Positions 1-8,392 of a stretch of 64,000 nucleotides of DNA are shown here, in pieces. The DNA comes from a virus (taxonomy: Duplodnaviria > Caudoviricetes), in the IMG/VR virus record IMGVR_UViG_3300037418_004154, positions 1,217-65,216 of that record; one strand, written 5' to 3'. The translations under genes and the position numbers were made by a program. The notes below the pieces were generated by a model. That model saw nothing but the letters and a program-made list of their open reading frames with translations. It had not been told where the DNA came from and did not search any database. Every line of letters begins with the position of its first letter. Within the stretch, counting starts at the first letter, position 1.

Positions 1-1411
1 CTCGTCTCGCCTCCAGTTGCCTGAGCTTGCCCTTCAGATTCTCGCCATCCCTCGCCACGTCGGCCTGCTGCTTCTGGGCCGCCTCCCGGTTCAACGTCGC
101 CTCCTTCGCGGCAGTGTCGGCCCGCATCATCCGCTCCCGGGCCGGCATCAGCATCGCCTGGAGCTCGTGGGCCCGCTCGCCGGCGAGTGTGGTCCGCTCG
201 ATGTACGGCATGGTCACGGCCTGGGCCCCGGCCAGGGCCGTCGCCCGCGACGAATACCCGGCCTGTTCGGCGGACAGGGCGTACCCCGTCCGGCTCAGTT
301 CGATGTCCCGCTGGGTCCGGATCCCCATCCGCCCGTGCTCTTCCTCCTGCCTCTGCATGGCCCGCTTCCGCCCGCTGACCGTGTCCGCCCAGTCCACCAT
401 GCTCTCCCCGCCGGGGACCAGCCCCTTGAACAGAGCCCGCTCCTGTTGCCCTCTCGTCAGCAACTCGTCGTGCATGACCCCGGCCACGGTCTTCACGGCC
501 TTCAGCCCTTCGCCCATGGCGGCGATCGGCACGGCCAACCGGCTGACCAGCATCGCGGCACCGCCCATCCCGGCGGAGCTCAGCCCCTCGGCGAACCCCC
601 CGACCCGGGCCGCGCTCGACCCCATCCCGTGCAGGCCCAGGTTGGAGAGCATCCCGGCCCGTTCGAACAGCCGCTTCTGGGACTCGGCGAAGCCGGCCAG
701 GGCCTTCTCGGTCGGGGTCTTTCCCTTCGCCTGCCCGCCTTCGCCCGCTCCCCCGCCGCCCGACACGGGGAGCGGTCTCGGCCCGACGACGTACACCGGG
801 ATCGGCCGCCCGAGGCCGCCCTGGAACGGGTCGGTCCGCTCGGGCGGCCCGCCGCGGTGGGCGAGCTCGGCCGGCCGGAGCGGCGCGAGCGGGCCGGGGT
901 CGTGGGCCCGGGCGAGTGCCCCCGCGGGCGGCGGGGATGCCGGGGGCAAGGCCCGCGTGGGCGGGAGGAGTTCCCCGCGGCCCAGCTTCAGCGGCTGGGT
1001 CGCCCACCGCGGCGGGGCGAGCGCGGTCGCGACCGCGGGCGAGACGGGCGAGCTCGCCGGGGTGGCGGGGCGGCCGATGGTCGGGCTCGGGTACCCGTTC
1101 GCGGCGACCGCCCCCAGGTTCCCGAGGCCGCCTTGCTGGCGGACCTGGGCGGCGGCCTGCTGCTGGGCGATCAGCTGGCGGTCGCCCACCTGGACCAGAC
1201 GGCGGATGGCGTCGAGGAGCTGGCCCATCGGCCCGTCCGAGCCGGCCCCGGAGGTTGTCGGGCCACCGGCCGTGATGCCTTGTGCCTTCGCGGCACCCTG
1301 AACGGCCCGGGTGTTCTCCTGGAGGGCCCGGGTATTCTCGGCGACCGCTCCGGTATTCTCGATACCGATCGCATCACCGAGCTGGAGCTTCGGGGCGGGT
1401 TGTTTGGCCAC
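1..1411 (-). CDS. Probable tail tape measure protein, 5' part; the gene runs off the window's left edge
   Basis: Manual translation from GTG at 1411 (GAGG upstream) gives MAKQPAPKLQLGDAIGIENTGAVAENTRALQENTRAVQ..., and the frame is open at the left edge (...ARDGENLKGKLRQLEARR). Ala/Gln-rich, coiled-coil-like, last gene of a tail operon. Not in the supplied ORF track. Confidence 0.6.
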   Translation of the reverse strand, partial: MAKQPAPKLQLGDAIGIENTGAVAENTRALQENTRAVQGAAKAQGITAGGPTTSGAGSDGPMGQLLDAIRRLVQVGDRQLIAQQQAAAQVRQQGGLGNLGAVAANGYPSPTIGRPATPASSPVSPAVATALAPPRWATQPLKLGRGELLPPTRALPPASPPPAGALARAHDPGPLAPLRPAELAHRGGPPERTDPFQGGLGRPIPVYVVGPRPLPVSGGGGAGEGGQAKGKTPTEKALAGFAESQKRLFERAGMLSNLGLHGMGSSAARVGGFAEGLSSAGMGGAAMLVSRLAVPIAAMGEGLKAVKTVAGVMHDELLTRGQQERALFKGLVPGGESMVDWADTVSGRKRAMQRQEEEHGRMGIRTQRDIELSRTGYALSAEQAGYSSRATALAGAQAVTMPYIERTTLAGERAHELQAMLMPARERMMRADTAAKEATLNREAAQKQQADVARDGENLKGKLRQLEARR

Positions 1412-1446
1412 GGTCGCGGTCCTCAGTCGTTGGCGTGTCGGCGGGA

Positions 1447-1462
1447 GTGCGGGCGCCCGCAC
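1447..1462. repeat. 16-bp perfect palindrome GTGCGGGCGCCCGCAC; 13 exact copies in the window
   Basis: Exact copies start at 1447, 5461, 14538, 23199, 27513, 30712, 40663, 46302, 47569, 54342, 56349, 61034 and 63538. Near copies at 30632 and 37182. Confidence 0.95.
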
Positions 1463-1566
1463 TACCCCTCTCCGGGGAGTGAAAACTCCAGCCCGACCCG
1501 GTCCCCGAGCTGGTGCAGGGCGATCAGGGCCTTGGCCGTCTGGGTGACGACGTCGGCCACGGCCTC

Positions 1567-3420
1567 TCACGGACGGTATCGGCTCTGGATCGCCCGAGCC
1601 CCCGGTGCCCGCGGCGTCGGATCGGCCAGGTTGGCCATCGCGGCGGTGGCGTCGGGCGGCAGGTTCTCGTTCCGCCGCCGGGCCGGGTACGGCAGGACGA
1701 CGGTCGAGTGCTCGCTGTTTTCCGAGGCGACGGTCGTAGGCCCGCCGGGCCCGACGCTCAGCGACACCTGCTGGATCCGCCCGTCGGGGTCGAGCGGCAG
1801 GATGCCCGGGTAGTGCCGGGTGTCCCCGGCCTTGACCTGGTACTGGTACGCCATCCCGTCGAGGTAGTACTGGGCCCGGTCGTTCGCCTCCTCCTCGGAG
1901 ACGACCGTGTGCCCCGTCAGGATGTGGTCCGCGCTGTACGCCCCGATCACCTCCCAGAACACGTCTTCCTTGATCGTCCACTGCGGCGGGGCGTCGCCGC
2001 CCAGGTCCATCGTCCACTCGCCGCGGACGATCTGGTTCGTGTCCGGATCGGCGACCAGGCAGGCGGTGTCGAGGACCAGGCTCGGGTCCGCCCACCGGCT
2101 ACCCCGGATCGCGTACACCGGCTCGCCGAACACGATCATCTGCTCGACCGGGTCGACCGAGAACGGGACGAACACCCGCTGGAACCGGCTGGTGTTCGCC
2201 GCCGCGTCGGCCGTCGCCCCGTTCGCCGGCAACCACAGGACGCTCCCGATCCACCGGGCGACGGACCCCCAGACGACGGCCGGCTGGTCGCGCGAGTACC
2301 CGTTGTAGAAGTCGGGCAGGACCCGGTTCGCCGACTCGCCGTTGGCGGGCTGGATGCCGGTGAAGTTCGGGGGCTGGGGGACGACCTGGTCCACCTTCGT
2401 CGGAAGTAAGGTGATCTGCTGGCGGCGGGTCACCGGCCCGTACCACGGGAGCGTGAGTGTGTCCTCCATGCCGCCCGGGTCCCGGAGGGTGATCCGGTAG
2501 CACTTCCACACCGACTCCCGGGCCAGCCCCTGGGCCTCGATCACGGCCAGCCGCTGGGTGCCCTTCACGCCCGTGAACGACGGCGGCGGGCACGTCCCCC
2601 ACCCGGTATCCGGGGCGTAGGAGAGGTCGTTGATCGGCACATACCGGCCGTCCCATTCCTTCCCGACCGGCTCGAGCAGGAACCGGGCCTGCATGCGGAC
2701 CTGCGACCCGGCGACGCCCACGCTGGCCGGAATCCTCGGGGCTTCGAGGCTCGGGGTGTCGACCTCGCACGGCAGATCGGGAATGTCCTCGCCGTCGCCG
2801 AGCTGGGCGATGATCACCCGGTCCTGGTTCGGCTGGTAGATGACCCGCCGCCCGTACTGCTCGCACAACCGGGCCAGGGCCTCGGCCGGGGGCGTATAGT
2901 CCCACACGACGGGCGGGTTGGTCTGGGACTGCGGGTAGTTCTCCCCCGCCCACAGGTACCGGTCGAGCTCGGCCCCGTCCTCCTGCTTCAGCCCTTCCGG
3001 GAGGTCGATCTCGTACCCTTCTTCCCCCATCGCGTCGAGGCAGAGGGTGGCGAGTTCCGTCGGGGAGCGGATGGTCCAGGGGATGAGCTTCTGGTGGTCA
3101 TCGTAACTGTTGTACGATCCACTGATAGATCCGAGACCCCGCCACCGCCATCGCCGGTCCTGGATCTCCAGCCGCCACGTCTGGCCCTCCGATCCGGCCG
3201 TCCCCGTGATCCGGACCAGCCGGCAGTCCCGGAAGACGACCGGTTCGTGCACCCCATCGGAGAACACCAGGTCGCCCGAATCCTCCGGGACCGCGGCCTG
3301 CGGGTAGGTGGTGAGCACGAAGGTGGAGGGCGAAATGCCGTGGGAAATACAGCCCTGGCAGCTGGCGACTCCCAGCACGCCCGGCCAGGACACGTCCTGG
3401 GAGAGGATGTCGTCAGCCAC
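1567..3420 (-). CDS. Phage tail/baseplate hub-like protein (617 aa)
   Basis: ORF with normal amino-acid composition in the leftward tail operon, upstream of the tape-measure-like gene. Function inferred from position. Confidence 0.55.
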   Translation of the reverse strand: MADDILSQDVSWPGVLGVASCQGCISHGISPSTFVLTTYPQAAVPEDSGDLVFSDGVHEPVVFRDCRLVRITGTAGSEGQTWRLEIQDRRWRWRGLGSISGSYNSYDDHQKLIPWTIRSPTELATLCLDAMGEEGYEIDLPEGLKQEDGAELDRYLWAGENYPQSQTNPPVVWDYTPPAEALARLCEQYGRRVIYQPNQDRVIIAQLGDGEDIPDLPCEVDTPSLEAPRIPASVGVAGSQVRMQARFLLEPVGKEWDGRYVPINDLSYAPDTGWGTCPPPSFTGVKGTQRLAVIEAQGLARESVWKCYRITLRDPGGMEDTLTLPWYGPVTRRQQITLLPTKVDQVVPQPPNFTGIQPANGESANRVLPDFYNGYSRDQPAVVWGSVARWIGSVLWLPANGATADAAANTSRFQRVFVPFSVDPVEQMIVFGEPVYAIRGSRWADPSLVLDTACLVADPDTNQIVRGEWTMDLGGDAPPQWTIKEDVFWEVIGAYSADHILTGHTVVSEEEANDRAQYYLDGMAYQYQVKAGDTRHYPGILPLDPDGRIQQVSLSVGPGGPTTVASENSEHSTVVLPYPARRRNENLPPDATAAMANLADPTPRAPGARAIQSRYRP

Positions 3421-3423
3421 GGG

Positions 3424-4680
3424 TTACGTCCGGGTCAGGGTGAACTTCGGCCCGAGGCTGGACGCGGCCAGGCTGGGGGCGTCCCAGGTCTGGGCGCTGG
3501 TCCAGGTGGTGGTCTTGAACGGGTCGTGGAGGACCGCCCCGCCGGTGAACGACCCGGCCGTGATCGTCTTCGCCCGGGGGTCGTTCGCGCACTCCAGGGT
3601 CGCCGTGTTCTGCGAGCCGCCCTGGTTCTGGAACGTCGCCGACGTGATCGTCCCGCCGATCCGGTAGTCCACGGTCCCGCCGTTGGCCGTGACCGTGGTC
3701 AGCGACCCGTCGTACTGCGTGTACGTCCCGCTGTTGAGCGTGAGCGTGGCGACCGCGCCGTAGGCGTTCACGGTGCCCGCGTCCTGGTTCAGCGTCGTCA
3801 CGGTGGCCCCGACCCCGACGGTCAGGGTCCCGCCGGTCATGGAGGCGGTGCCCACGGTCGCGGCCAGGCTGTTGTCGTCGGCCGCGATCCCGACCGACCC
3901 CGCCGCGATGCTCAGCGTCCCGCTCGAGCACCCGGACACGTTGACCGCCGGGGTCGCGACCGCCCCGCCCGCACTGGTCGGGGTACCGGTCTTCAGGACG
4001 ACCAGGTCGAGCGCCGTGGCGACCGCGAGGTTGACCAGCTTCGGCCCGGCCCCGCTCCCCTCGCCGATCGTGACCGGGACGGCCGTGTGTAGCGACCACT
4101 GGCGGGTCCGGTACTCGTAGTACCCCGAGCCGGACGAGGTAAAACCCCCGCCCGAGTTGTGCCACACCGGCAGGCCGATGTTCCCGGTGAAGGACGCCTG
4201 AACCCGGAGCGAGTTGTACGCGGCCGCGGTCAGGTTCTGCAGCCCGTAGAGGAGGTCGGCCCCGCCGTCGATCAGGACGTCGTCCCCGGTCGTGGGCAGG
4301 GCACCGAGGGTCCAGTTCGCCGCGGCGTCCGCGTGGCTCGGGCCCGAGGAGGCGGTCACGGTCGCCTTGGTCAGGGTCCCCGTGCCGGCCGTCGCGGTGA
4401 CGAACGGGACGCCGGGGGTGGCGGCGGTCGCGGTGACCGCGCTCACCCCGTCAGACGTCCAGGTCACCTCCTGGAACTCGGCCGGGGCCGAGGACGCCGA
4501 GAGGACGGCCTGGAGGCCGTTGGTGACGGTCGCGACCGTGTCCCCGCTGACCGCGGTGTACGACAGAGTCTTGCCGTTGATGGTGACCCCGAACGTCTGT
4601 CCGGCGGTCGACGAGCCGACCGTGAACGTCTCGGTCTGGGCCTGGGGAATCGCGTCTCCCCGCCACCGATTCACGGACAT
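3424..4680 (-). CDS. Virion structural protein, beta-rich (418 aa)
   Basis: Thr/Gly/Ala-rich, with an N-terminal QTETFTVG...FGVTING module typical of phage tail and decoration domains. Tightly coupled to its neighbours. Confidence 0.55.
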   Translation of the reverse strand: MSVNRWRGDAIPQAQTETFTVGSSTAGQTFGVTINGKTLSYTAVSGDTVATVTNGLQAVLSASSAPAEFQEVTWTSDGVSAVTATAATPGVPFVTATAGTGTLTKATVTASSGPSHADAAANWTLGALPTTGDDVLIDGGADLLYGLQNLTAAAYNSLRVQASFTGNIGLPVWHNSGGGFTSSGSGYYEYRTRQWSLHTAVPVTIGEGSGAGPKLVNLAVATALDLVVLKTGTPTSAGGAVATPAVNVSGCSSGTLSIAAGSVGIAADDNSLAATVGTASMTGGTLTVGVGATVTTLNQDAGTVNAYGAVATLTLNSGTYTQYDGSLTTVTANGGTVDYRIGGTITSATFQNQGGSQNTATLECANDPRAKTITAGSFTGGAVLHDPFKTTTWTSAQTWDAPSLAASSLGPKFTLTRT

Positions 4681-4689
4681 GGGTTTGCC

Positions 4690-5418
4690 TCACAGGGGTG
4701 GTAGGGACGGCAGCCCGACCAGCGGGACTATGCTTTCGAACGAGTACCGCCAGCTGACCGGGTACTCGATGAACCCCTGGCCCAGCCGTTTCGGGCTCCC
4801 GTAGACGACGCTCCGCTGGTCGGGCATCTCGGCGTCCGGCCAGATCGGGTCGGGGACCGGGGGGTAGGCCATGTGCCCGACCGCCTGCCCGGACTGTGTG
4901 GCCTTCTGGGTCGAGAACGGGTAAACGACCTGCCGGATCGGCGGGGCGTTGATGCACGGCCGCCACCGGAACACCGGCCCCCCGGTCCCGGTGTAGGAGA
5001 TGCTTTCGGTGAACGAGATCATGGCCAGCTGGGAGCCGGGGTAGACGAACTCCGCCTCGGCGACGAACGTCGCGGTCCGCTGGGTCACGTACTCGCCGTC
5101 CCGGGCGTCGTTCCCGTAGTTCGGCCCGTCGACGATCCGGACCCCGCTGAGGGACGCGTTGTTGAACATCGTCATGCCGGTCGGCAGCCCGGAATCCTGC
5201 AAGAAACTGATCGTCTGGTAGGGGACCAGGAGGGCGGCGTTGAGCGCGTTCTCCAGGGCCGTGAGTTCGGCCTGCCCGTTCCCGATCAGCCAGACCTTGA
5301 CCCGGATTTGCCCCACGTACCGGACCGGCCGCCCGGACGACGCCAGCACCGCCCGGACCGCGGAGGATACCTCCGCGCCGTTCACCGGGAACCGGGCCGG
5401 GCCGTAGACCAGTTGCAT
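4690..5418 (-). CDS. Phage tail protein, distal-tail-like (242 aa)
   Basis: First gene of the leftward tail operon. ATG lies 6 nt downstream of a TAGCCT -10 element. Confidence 0.5.
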   Translation of the reverse strand: MQLVYGPARFPVNGAEVSSAVRAVLASSGRPVRYVGQIRVKVWLIGNGQAELTALENALNAALLVPYQTISFLQDSGLPTGMTMFNNASLSGVRIVDGPNYGNDARDGEYVTQRTATFVAEAEFVYPGSQLAMISFTESISYTGTGGPVFRWRPCINAPPIRQVVYPFSTQKATQSGQAVGHMAYPPVPDPIWPDAEMPDQRSVVYGSPKRLGQGFIEYPVSWRYSFESIVPLVGLPSLPPL

Positions 5419-5424
5419 CCCGAA

Positions 5425-5508
5425 AGGCTACACCACCGGGCTGCCTGCCGACTCCTCCCGGTGCGGGCGCCCGCACCATTTCGGGCAGGCAATCCCCCCG
5501 GGCATGAT
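5425..5508. promoter_or_regulatory. Divergent pair of GGCAGGCA-N11-(-10) promoter motifs with the 16-bp palindrome between them
   Basis: Minus strand: GGCAGGCA 5449-5442, N11, TAGCCT, 6 nt, ATG 5418. Plus strand: GGCAGGCA 5484-5491, N11, CATGAT, 6 nt, ATG 5515. Confidence 0.75.
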
Positions 5509-5514
5509 GCCCCC

Positions 5515-5997
5515 ATGCCGTACCCGTATGTGACCAACGACGCGGTCAAGGCCCAGGTCGCCCGGATGCTCCAGACGACCCCGGACAACCTCCCGGCCCA
5601 GTGGGACGGGCTGGTCGACCAGGGGGTGAAGTCCGGGGCGTCGGACGTCCGCCAGCGGCTGATCGGCAAGGGGTTCACCCTCGCCCAGATCGAGAGCTGG
5701 GACCAGCTCCCCCAGTACGTGCTCGACCAGGCCGTGTTCTGGGCCCTGACCCGGGGGGCGGTGTCGAGCGAGCAGGTGTCCGAGGCGAAGCTGAAGACCC
5801 TCGACCGCCGGGACGAGCTGACGGCGACCGGGTTCCTGACCAGCGGGAGTACCATCCTCTACCCGGTGGCCGGGGACTCCCCGGTCGGCGGGATCTCCCA
5901 CGGCGGCAGCTGTTACCGGGAACGGCTTGACCAGGCCTACGGCCGGCGGTTCGGCGAGGCCCGGGACCACGACGACGACACGCGGGGGTGGGGATGA
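5515..5997 (+). CDS. Head-tail adaptor/connector protein (160 aa)
   Basis: MPYPYVTNDAVKAQVARML... has the N-terminal Y-x-T pattern and helical make-up of adaptor proteins, and precedes the tail terminator and tube genes. Start reassigned from 4873. Confidence 0.6.
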   Translation: MPYPYVTNDAVKAQVARMLQTTPDNLPAQWDGLVDQGVKSGASDVRQRLIGKGFTLAQIESWDQLPQYVLDQAVFWALTRGAVSSEQVSEAKLKTLDRRDELTATGFLTSGSTILYPVAGDSPVGGISHGGSCYRERLDQAYGRRFGEARDHDDDTRGWG

Positions 5998-6698
5998 CCG
6001 GCCTGACCGTCACCGACAACGCCGACGGGACCGGGGCGACCGCGGCCATCAGCGGGTCGGCCGGCGGGGCGAACACGGTCTTCGTGGCGGCCGTGACCGG
6101 GACCATCACCGCGTCGGCCTGGGTGGGTGCGGGCGCCTGCACCGGCGACGGGGCGGTGACCCTGGCCCTGCCGAAGGGGTACTACTTCGCCCACTGCCTG
6201 ACCGCCCCGGCCGCCCTCTCCGGGCTGGCCTACTTCGCGGTCACCGACGGCCGGGACCCGGTCGTCTCGCGCTGCTTCGCGGCGGCCAAGGCCCAGCTGC
6301 AGCTGCTCGCCCTGCCCTGCACGCAACGGGTGTTCGACAGCCAGTTCGCGGACAACCTCGCCCTCCAGCAGTTCCCGTGCGTGGTCCTGACGACCGAGGA
6401 CGCCCGGGAGTCGGACGAGGCAACGCTCAACGGCCGGGACGACATCGGGCATGCGGTCCGGGTACTGGTCAAGGACGTGTGCCTGAAGTTCGACGACGCC
6501 CGCCGGGACACGTACCGGGCGTGGCGGCAGGCGATCTTCCGGGCGTTCCACAACCAGCGGCTGCCCGGGGTGGTCGAGAGCGTCCGGAACAAGGTCGAGC
6601 TCGGCCCGGTGGCGGCCGTCTCGTCCGGCGAGCCGCAGGTCGTGTCCGAACTCCTGATCCGCTGTATCACCCGCGAGGTCCGCGGGCTGGGGGCCTGA
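5994..6698 (+). CDS. Tail completion/terminator-like protein
   Basis: ATGA overlap with the adaptor gene. C-terminal half (FPCVVLT...HAVRVLV...SELLIRCITREVR) resembles tail terminators. Confidence 0.5.
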   Translation: MTGLTVTDNADGTGATAAISGSAGGANTVFVAAVTGTITASAWVGAGACTGDGAVTLALPKGYYFAHCLTAPAALSGLAYFAVTDGRDPVVSRCFAAAKAQLQLLALPCTQRVFDSQFADNLALQQFPCVVLTTEDARESDEATLNGRDDIGHAVRVLVKDVCLKFDDARRDTYRAWRQAIFRAFHNQRLPGVVESVRNKVELGPVAAVSSGEPQVVSELLIRCITREVRGLGA

Positions 6699-6699
6699 G

Positions 6700-7602
6700 A
6701 TGACCTCGCCGTTTATCACCACCGCCGCGAAACTCGGGATCGACACCGCCAACCCGGTCGGAACGGGAATCGCCCCGTACCGGTACGACTTCATCGACTT
6801 CGACCTCGGCATCGAGGTCGAGCTGAAGGACATGAACGGGACCCGGGGGAAGTACACGAAGGACTCGGCCCGGGTCCGGAAGAACCTGACGCGGATAACG
6901 CCCCGGCTGCGGTGCCAGCCCACGTCCGTGGAACTCTCCGGCCTGCTCCCGTGGATCTTGTCCGGCACCGGGTACGCCCTGGGCAACACCCCCGCGCAGC
7001 GGTACGTGGCGTTCGACCTGAACCCGGCCGCCTCCGGAAACCTGTGGACGCTGACCGGGGTGGTGGTCGACGAGGCCCGGTTCTCCGCGGACCAGGGCGA
7101 GCCCCTGAGCCTGGACCTGGGCCTGGTGGGAATGAGCTACACTTCCCCCACCGGGCAATTCCCGGGCGGCCTCGCCCTCGACGTCAGCACGCAACCGTTC
7201 CTGTTCGTCGACTGTGCCATTCAGATCAACGCGACGACCGGCATCCTGAGCCGGAGCTTCGAGCTGACGGTCCGGAACGGGATCGACCGGGACCGGTTCT
7301 TCAACTCGCCCACGCTGACGGCGACCAACCGGCTGACCCGCCAGATCACGATGGCGGTGAACGTCCCGTTCGGGATCTACCCCAGCCTGTTCACGGTCGG
7401 GGAGGACACCGCCGCCACGGCCCTGGTGACGTTCACGAACGGGAGCGCGGTGCTCACGTTCACCGTCAACGGCGTCCGGTTCCGGCCCAAGAGCCCGACC
7501 AGCCCGTTCCAGCAGGAGGCGATGCTGTCCCTGGAGGGCGAGATCTATTCGCCCGACGGCAGCACCGAGGGCCTCGTCGTCTCCCTCGCGACCGGACCGT
7601 AA
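6700..7602 (+). CDS. Major tail tube protein (300 aa)
   Basis: Size, beta-rich sequence and position immediately before a frameshifted chaperone pair. Confidence 0.7.
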   Translation: MTSPFITTAAKLGIDTANPVGTGIAPYRYDFIDFDLGIEVELKDMNGTRGKYTKDSARVRKNLTRITPRLRCQPTSVELSGLLPWILSGTGYALGNTPAQRYVAFDLNPAASGNLWTLTGVVVDEARFSADQGEPLSLDLGLVGMSYTSPTGQFPGGLALDVSTQPFLFVDCAIQINATTGILSRSFELTVRNGIDRDRFFNSPTLTATNRLTRQITMAVNVPFGIYPSLFTVGEDTAATALVTFTNGSAVLTFTVNGVRFRPKSPTSPFQQEAMLSLEGEIYSPDGSTEGLVVSLATGP

Positions 7603-7625
7603 CGACCCCCTGAGAGGTTCTCCGC

Positions 7626-7982
7626 ATGCCCCGCCTCGCTCTCAACGACGGCTACACCCTGGAGGCCGCGACCGCGGCCGACCACGGCGGGTTCAAGGGC
7701 CTGCCGGTGGTCACCTACCGGTACCGGCCGGCCCTCCCGGACGCCCTGGCCGAGTGGCGGTACGCCGCCCGGCTGGCGGCCTCCGGCAAGGCCGAGGTCG
7801 ACGCCACGGCCAGGCTGGTGAGCGACCACCTCGTCAGCTGGGACGTGACCGACGCGGGCGGGAGGCCGGCGGCGATCACGGCGGACGTGGTCCGGAAAGT
7901 TCCCGAGCCGATCCTGGACCAGCTCCTCGACAAGATCGTCTCCTGGGCCGGGCCGGAGCAGGAGAAGGCCGCGGGAAACTGA
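7626..7982 (+). CDS. Tail assembly chaperone, G-like (118 aa)
   Basis: Follows the tube gene and ends GCG GGA AAC TGA, which contains the slippery heptamer GGGAAAC. Confidence 0.75.
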   Translation: MPRLALNDGYTLEAATAADHGGFKGLPVVTYRYRPALPDALAEWRYAARLAASGKAEVDATARLVSDHLVSWDVTDAGGRPAAITADVVRKVPEPILDQLLDKIVSWAGPEQEKAAGN

Positions 7983-8392
7983 CCGCCGGGGTGAGGGTGG
8001 CCCTCCTTCACCCCGAGTGGGACCGGCCGTGCGCGGCGTGCGAGAAGTACGCGATCGGGGCCGACGGGGTCGCCGTCCGGGACCGACGGACCGGCCTCCC
8101 GATGCTCCGGCCGGCGGGCGTCCCGACCCCGTGCGGCAGCTGCGAAAAGGTGCCGGCCTGGGCCCGGAAGTCGATCCCGGACGTGGCCGAGCTGCGGAAG
8201 CTCGCGGTCGAACTGACGCCCCAGAACCGGGCGGCGTGGCGGTTCTACCGCGAGTGCCGGGCGGTGAACCGCTTCCCGGATGACCCGGTCGTCCGCTGGT
8301 ACGCGGCCCTGCTCCACGCCCTGGAAGTCTCGCCCGTCGACCGGCTGACGTCCGCCGTGTCGTCCCTCGTCACCCTCCTGGCCCGCCGCTGA
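7973..8392 (+). CDS. Tail assembly chaperone GT-like extension, reached by -1 frameshift
   Basis: The -1 frame is open from the slippery site (GKLTAGVRVALLHPEWDRPCAACEKY...) to 8392, with no convincing independent start. Confidence 0.7.
   Translation, partial: GKLTAGVRVALLHPEWDRPCAACEKYAIGADGVAVRDRRTGLPMLRPAGVPTPCGSCEKVPAWARKSIPDVAELRKLAVELTPQNRAAWRFYRECRAVNRFPDDPVVRWYAALLHALEVSPVDRLTSAVSSLVTLLARR

Noticed and set aside
17-1813. Long plus-strand ORFs (598 aa and 424 aa)
   Set aside because: Arg/Pro/Gly-rich shadow frames of the minus-strand tail genes, typical of high-GC DNA.
3424-4680. Contractile tail sheath
   Set aside because: It lacks recognisable sheath core motifs, and no baseplate wedge genes were seen; the tail looks non-contractile.
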